Source: Macrostomum lignano (lineage: Eukaryota). From it: DNA of 64,000 nucleotides. A program made the position numbers and the translations under genes. The notes beneath the pieces are model-generated. The model ran no database searches. It had not been told where the DNA came from and saw only the letters and a program-made list of their open reading frames with translations. Shown piece after piece: positions 57,702 to 64,000 of the stretch. Each line of letters begins with the position of its first letter. Within the stretch, counting starts at the first letter, position 1. The stretch covers positions 1 to 64,000 of the forward strand of contig NIVC01001814.1 of assembly GCA_002269645.1 (NCBI GenBank). Reading direction: 5' to 3'.

Positions 57702-59762
57702 TCAATCGCCACTCGGAATGTCGCTGCACTGAAACTCCACGATGCGAAATGCTTCTAGAAACTCGTTGAAGTCGATGTTGCCATCGCTATTGAGGTCCAT
57801 TGCCTTGGCCATGTCTGTCACTTCCGAGTCGGACAGATTGCGCTGCGTAGCCTGGCACAGGATGCGGCAGCACTCTTCGAATTCCTGCAGGCTGATCTGA
57901 CCGCTGCTGTCGCGGTCCATAATGCGAAAGATGGTCTCCAGCTCCTCCTTGTTCTTGTACACAGCTTCCGTCATAGAAGCATCCGGTTCGGCGGCTGAAC
58001 GTCCGCTTTGGTGCTGGACGGTGGCTCGCTGGAAGGTCGACATGTACAGTAGACGCCCGTCTGGCGCCAGCTGAGCAAGCTGAGGTCGCAGCGTTCGCCA
58101 CGGCAGATTGAGCTTCATCTCCGCTTCCATCACGGTGCACCACTGGGTGACGCTAACGCAGCCCGTCTTGTCGGGATCCAACTGATTGAAGGCCGCCACA
58201 AGCTGTGTCTTGGTCGCGGCAATCTTGGCTCGAAGGCTGCGCAAAGCGCCGTCCTCGACACTTGACAGTTGAAGACCCTGCGGCACTAAATTATTCTTGC
58301 TTGCTGAGAACTGGACGGTATGCAGCTGCCCGCTGTTGTCGAACTTGACGTAGGCACCCCGGTTGCTGCCCTCCGAGTAGTAGTTGGAGGCGGAGAAGAT
58401 CGTCAGCACGCTGTTGCCATGGTCAAACTCGTAGCCTTCGGGTTTGCATTCATGCGAACGAACTATCATAGTGAGCTTGTTTCGACGCAAGAAGCTCGCC
58501 GTGACATCAGGCCCGAAGTAGCAGCCTCCGCCGCGAAATGTATTTGGTCGGCAGCCTGAATGAGTCTTTGGATCGCTCCATAGCAGGTCGAGTACCTGGC
58601 GCCATTCCAGGTAGTCAACCTTTCCGCCCTCTGAATGAGGTGGTCGCAAAGCTGACAAATATTTGTGCCTGTCCAGACGACCGAGCTGTTCAAGGTCCAA
58701 CTTGTCCGAGATGCCGCCGTGAGCCACCAGGATGCGCTCGTCAATCACTGTTGCCAGGGGAAGCCAAGCGAATACGTCCGAGAACAGCTGCACAATCTTG
58801 TTGGCTGTTTGTCGATATTTTTTCTGCACCTCCTTAATGAACCCGTAGCGGCAGTTCATCACGTGATCTTCGTGGTTGCCGCGGTTGACGCAAACCGCGG
58901 TTGGCCACACGAGCTGGAAGGCGAACAAAAGCGCAGCGATTTCCACGGAATTCGGACCGCGGTCCACGAAGTCGCCGTTGAACACGTACGGGTTGGTGAC
59001 GTCCGGCAGGCCGTTCTTGTACAGCACGAGCAGCAAATCATCGAGCTTGCCGTGCAGGTCTCCAACCACCGTCATCTGCTTGGAGATGCTCGTGCTGGCC
59101 TGATAGATGTTGGGCCTTGCTTGTAAGGCTAGCCGAGTCTCATGCAGCAGTTGCAACAGGTAGCGCGCGTGCAGCTGTCCGCCCTGTCCGAATGAGTCGA
59201 TCATCATTTTTATGTGACTCGCGCTCAGAGGGAAGGTCAGGTGAGGACCTGAGTACGACTTCTCCACTTCGATGCTCTCAAAACCGGTCCGATCGAGGAG
59301 TTCGCGCTCGTCGTGGGCTCCACCGTCGCTCTGACGAAGCCGCTGAGCAAAGCCGCCTCCCCCGCCGCCGCCGCCGCCCTCGGCCTCCATGCCCAGGCGC
59401 AGCATGTCATTGAAGAAATTGTGCAGGTGTAGCTGACTTGACTCGCTGGAGTACTCGATGCTTTGGTAGACGACCCAGGCAGCTCGTCGTCTGGCCTCTA
59501 GGCGAGCCTTGTACCGACGGTACCATTTCTGGATTAGCACGGCTGACTTCAGGCTGACCTCGCTATTGCTGAGCGCCTTTTCTGTCTTCGCCTTCTGGCT
59601 GGACTTTGATACGGGGCTCGTTGCGCCCGTCTTCTTCCTGTTCGCGGTAGAGATTGGCACATCGCCAACGCTGACCGAATCGTCAGCTGCGCAGTTGCCG
59701 ACCGCTCCAACTCCGTTGCTGTCGCCAGTTTTCGGGCCAACAGCGCTTTGTCCGCAGCCCAT
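57702..59762 (-). CDS. PPEF: Serine/threonine protein phosphatase with EF-hands (PPEF/rdgC), intronless, 686 aa
   Basis: MGCGQS acylation-type N-terminus, IQ motif (IQKWYRRYKAR), PPP motifs GDLHG, GDFVDRG, RGNHE and SASNY, C-terminal EF-hands (DRDSSGQISLQE, DLNSDGNIDFNE). Confidence 0.96.
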   Translation of the reverse strand: MGCGQSAVGPKTGDSNGVGAVGNCAADDSVSVGDVPISTANRKKTGATSPVSKSSQKAKTEKALSNSEVSLKSAVLIQKWYRRYKARLEARRRAAWVVYQSIEYSSESSQLHLHNFFNDMLRLGMEAEGGGGGGGGGFAQRLRQSDGGAHDERELLDRTGFESIEVEKSYSGPHLTFPLSASHIKMMIDSFGQGGQLHARYLLQLLHETRLALQARPNIYQASTSISKQMTVVGDLHGKLDDLLLVLYKNGLPDVTNPYVFNGDFVDRGPNSVEIAALLFAFQLVWPTAVCVNRGNHEDHVMNCRYGFIKEVQKKYRQTANKIVQLFSDVFAWLPLATVIDERILVAHGGISDKLDLEQLGRLDRHKYLSALRPPHSEGGKVDYLEWRQVLDLLWSDPKTHSGCRPNTFRGGGCYFGPDVTASFLRRNKLTMIVRSHECKPEGYEFDHGNSVLTIFSASNYYSEGSNRGAYVKFDNSGQLHTVQFSASKNNLVPQGLQLSSVEDGALRSLRAKIAATKTQLVAAFNQLDPDKTGCVSVTQWCTVMEAEMKLNLPWRTLRPQLAQLAPDGRLLYMSTFQRATVQHQSGRSAAEPDASMTEAVYKNKEELETIFRIMDRDSSGQISLQEFEECCRILCQATQRNLSDSEVTDMAKAMDLNSDGNIDFNEFLEAFRIVEFQCSDIPSGD

Positions 59763-60840
59763 TCGTTTGTCTAGCTTTTTCTTTGAAGCTTTCCTGTTTA
59801 AAAATGGTTTAGAAAGTCGCGAACAGTTTAATTTACTGCTTAATTTATGGCTTAATGGACTAAGAATTCCGACGGAGAGGCATGCCGTGTCTGATGCACG
59901 GCAGCTCTTTTCTTTTGTTTCTCACCGACTTGCCTTTGCCTTTTCTGAAGCTCCAAGGCGTGGATTGGCGCCTTCCTGATGCAGCACTTTGACAGAGCTG
60001 CACCGGCTTCTCGGGAATCTCGGGGATTGGTGAGAACAGGATCTTGGGGAAGGAAGAAAGAAAGTTGACTGGCTTGCTTGCGAGATGCGCTCGCCGGAGG
60101 TTGTAACCCTAGGTGACCTAGGGGAGCTCTGCTCTGGGTCAGCGCTCTTCGTCTGCGGGTTGGACGATAGGGTGTGGCTTGAGCGGGACTGCCTGAGTGA
60201 AGGAATAGAGAGAACTACCCGGCCCTCCTGTTCACTGGAAACTCCCCAAACCTTTCTGTATTAATGCTCAAAAGCATGCCCACTGTACTCTATCTTCAGG
60301 AGGATAGGATGGGGTGGGTAGCTGCATTCTAGCTCTTGCCCATTTCCGTACCCTTAGCCAGCCGCATGCTTGCCTTCCCCTGCCTCTCTATCCCAGAAAC
60401 CATTGAGGCAATGGCCCGCATTGTAGTCCCTGGCCTCCGGTAGCATAGCTGAGAGAGATAGACAGATTTATCTGTGCTTGCATATTGAGTTGAATTGAGC
60501 GGTCTCTCACACTTAATTGCAGTGGTTCTTACTTATTTGTTTTGACTGACTCCCGCCCCGCTCCATTTAATTTAGCCCGCTAATTTGTGCAGACCTTGCT
60601 TTAGGTAAATATAGTTAATTATCTCTCAATTTCAGGGGCTCAAAACACTCACAATGCCGCCCAACGCTAAACCAACCTATGCAGTCGCGGGTTTCGGAAC
60701 ATGAGATGACGAAAAGTCATTAGAACATCCACTATGCTTTGAAAATGCGCTCGTTACTCTTCCTTGAGCCGGTGCTTTGGCTTAGCTGCAGGAGGCTCCG
60801 TGCGTCCGGAAACAGCGAGGAGGCGTTGCCGCCCATTTCG

Positions 60841-61374
<534 letters not shown>

Positions 61375-62474
61375 TTAAAAATGACATGCGTTGATATTGC
61401 AATTGGCTCACTTGTTTCAATATTCATTAATCCTTACATGGCAGTGGTTAGTTGTCTATATGGTTTCTGACTTTAGTCGCAATGATGATGACAACAACGT
61501 CATTGGAGTGAAGTGGAGTTACATCAAGCCTAGCCTTGTAAGCTTCTCTGTCTAGGAGCTACGCAGCAACAGCCAGTGAAAAAATGTATAAATAATTGCT
61601 AAGCCAAACTGCTTTTGGTGGATCAAGCAAGGGTGTTGAAGCAGGATTCAGGAAATCGGGCTGGGCAGCCATCAAGCACAGATCCCATCCCGCTGCTGCT
61701 CGTTCCAAACATTTCCTGTTGATGGAGGATCTCAGAATTCGAGGTTTCTCCCCATTTCCCCTCCCCAATGTCATATCCTTCTCCTGTCACAGAGTCGCTT
61801 CCTTCGTCTGAGAATGCATTTTCGAGTTAGTTGGCCATTGACCCCAATAAATCACAATTTTATGTACGAGTTTTTTGCGTCCTCGTATGATACCTTGGTG
61901 ATACATTCAGCTCAAATGCACCACTGTGCAGTCACACTGAGGCCCCCACTTTAGAGTAGGATGCCATTGCCAACACTCGTTGGCTCGTATATAAAAACTC
62001 ACCCATACTACTCAGAAACCAATTCAAAGGCAGTTTTCGATCTGTCTCTTGTCTCAACAAAATGATGAGAACTGTAGGATTTCAGTACTCAGGAAAACAG
62101 CGCATTCACTGCTAGTCCGCCGTCATCTCATTGGGTAAAACTGATTTTCCGAAAGCTTCCCAAATAAGGAAAGTATCAATTGAATAGGCCTAGCAAATTG
62201 ACGCACTTTGAACCTGTAAATATGAGTAGAGAGCTGAGCAGGATGAAAGGGAAAGAAGAGCTCGTACAGAAAAAAGCTCGAAAGCAAGGTCAAGAACTCA
62301 GTGGGATGAAAGCCTTCGGAATAGAGAAAATTGTACCTGGGTAAGTGCAGGCCATTAATTATCCCCTATCAGCCAGGAGCTATTCGAGCTGATTGCAAGC
62401 TAATCCGATCGGACTCATGGCTCCGATCTCCGGCTGTCAGCAGCGGTGACAGCTGATGTGAATTAATAGCGAAA

Positions 62475-63040
62475 CTGGAATCAAGAGCTCCTGATACTAG
62501 TATCTGGACTGGAATCAAGAGCTTCCAATACTAGTATCTGGACTGGAATCAAGAGCTCCCGATACTAGTATCTGGACTGGAATCATGAGCTCCCGACACT
62601 AGTATCTGGACTGGAATCATGAGCTTCCAATACTAGTACCTGGACTGGAATCAAGAGCTCTCGATACTAGTATCTGGACTGGAATCAAGAGCTTCCAATA
62701 CTAGTATCTGGACTGGAATCAAGAGCTCCCGATACTAGTATCTGAACTGGAATCATGAGCTCCCGACACTATAGTATCTGGACTGGAATCATGAGCTCCC
62801 AACACTAGTATCTGGACTGGAATCAAGAGCTCCCAACACTAGTACCTGGACTGGAATCAAGAGCTCCCGATACTAGTATCTGGACTGGAATCATGAGCTC
62901 CCGACACTAGTATCTGGACTGGAATCATGAGCTCCCAACACTAGTATCTGGACTGGAATCATGAGCTCCCAACACTAGTACCTGGACTGGAATCATAGAC
63001 TACCGACACTACATTTAGTATCTAGACTGGAACCCTGAGT
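62475..63040. repeat. 34-bp tandem repeat (CTGGAATCAAGAGCTCCCGATACTAGTATCTGGA)n, ~16 copies
   Basis: Period measured from 62475 to 62509. Confidence 0.93.
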
Positions 63041-63382
63041 TAAAGCATTTGTCATTCCGACATTCTTTTCCTGGTTCTTTTTGTTTTATTTTAATGCAAT
63101 GCTGTACTGACAACACCCCGGTAAGATGCCCCAAGTCAGATATCAAGAGCATTTCATCGGTCAACTGATTATCTTTATTTTACGAGAAAGCAATATTAAT
63201 GCAACTTTGAGCACGCCAAAAGAGATAATTCACCTCGATCTTTAGCACACTGGGAACTGGGCATCGAAGCCAGGAAAGCTTACAAGGTAGCTCTGTTGAC
63301 CTGACTCCTGTACTATAAATGCGCAGGCAATTTTCTGAATCAAATTAACATTGATTCTCCATCAGCCCCAACCTCTAGGCTT

Positions 63383-64000
63383 TCAGGCGCCGCTTTGAAA
63401 CTCGACAATGCGAAATGCTTCTAAGAACTCGTTGAAATCGATTTTTCCATCTTTATTGAGGTCCAAAGCCTTGGCCATGTCAACAATTTCATCTTCTGAT
63501 AAGTTCCTCTTGGTGACTCTGCCCAGAACTCGGCAGCACTCCTTGAACTCGTCCAGACTGATGTGGCCGCTATTGTCGCGGTCCATGATTCGGAAGATGT
63601 CTCCAGCTTCTCTCTGCTCTTGTAAACAGATTCCATCATTGAGGCATCCGGTGCAGAGGCGGATCGGCCACCCTGGTGCTGCACAGCCGTCCGCTGGAAG
63701 GTCGACATGTACATGACGCGTTTGTCCGGAGTCAGCTTAACCAGGCGAGGTCGGAGCCTTCGCCACGGCAGACTAAGCTGCAGCTCCGATTCCATTGCGC
63801 TGCACCACTGGGCGATGGTGACGCAGTCCGTCTTGCCGAAATCCAGTTCGCTGAAGGCCGCCACGAGCTGGACCCTGCTAGCGGCAATCTTGGCGCGGAG
63901 GCCGCGCAATGCAGCGTCCTCGAAGGTTGCAAGCCGACGACCTAGCGGGAGCTGCTTCGACTTGCTGGCGCAGAGCTGCATAACTCTAGGCTGCCCGCTG
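63383..64000 (-). CDS. PPEF: Second PPEF/rdgC paralog, 3' part (runs off the window), with a 1-bp frameshift at ~63599
   Basis: Aligns with copy 1 from the end of the catalytic domain to FLEAFRIVEFQ. Plus strand reads AAGATGTCTCC versus AAGATGGTCTCC in copy 1. Confidence 0.85.

Overview
This is a eukaryotic (metazoan) genomic window. The GC-rich exons, introns packed with tandem repeats and gene set suggest a free-living flatworm such as Macrostomum (inference only). About a third to 40% of the window is micro/minisatellite, and most of the supplied ORFs are artefacts of those repeats. Reading splice sites by hand gave these genes: the 5' three exons of a CELF/Bruno RNA-binding gene (-), a secreted Gly/Tyr/Asn-repeat protein (-), a 3-exon GABA-A/GRD-like Cys-loop receptor subunit (+), a 3-exon coiled-coil protein (+), an intronless orphan rhodopsin-like GPCR (+), a 4-exon ODF3/SHIPPO-repeat gene (+), an OSBPL10/11-like lipid-transfer gene (+), and two tandem PPEF/rdgC phosphatases (-; the first is intronless, the second is cut by the window edge). 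Mobile-element remnants are RTE-like and LOA-like LINE fragments and a tRNA-derived CORE-type SINE. The most notable feature is a ~6.95 kb element (14435-21385) with 24-bp terminal inverted repeats, sitting in an (AGAC)n microsatellite inside CELF intron 2. It carries spliced exons for a chromodomain and a Cys/His-rich region resembling CryptonV-type (tyrosine-recombinase transposon) proteins. It also has an internal right-end/left-end junction. No recombinase catalytic domain was found.
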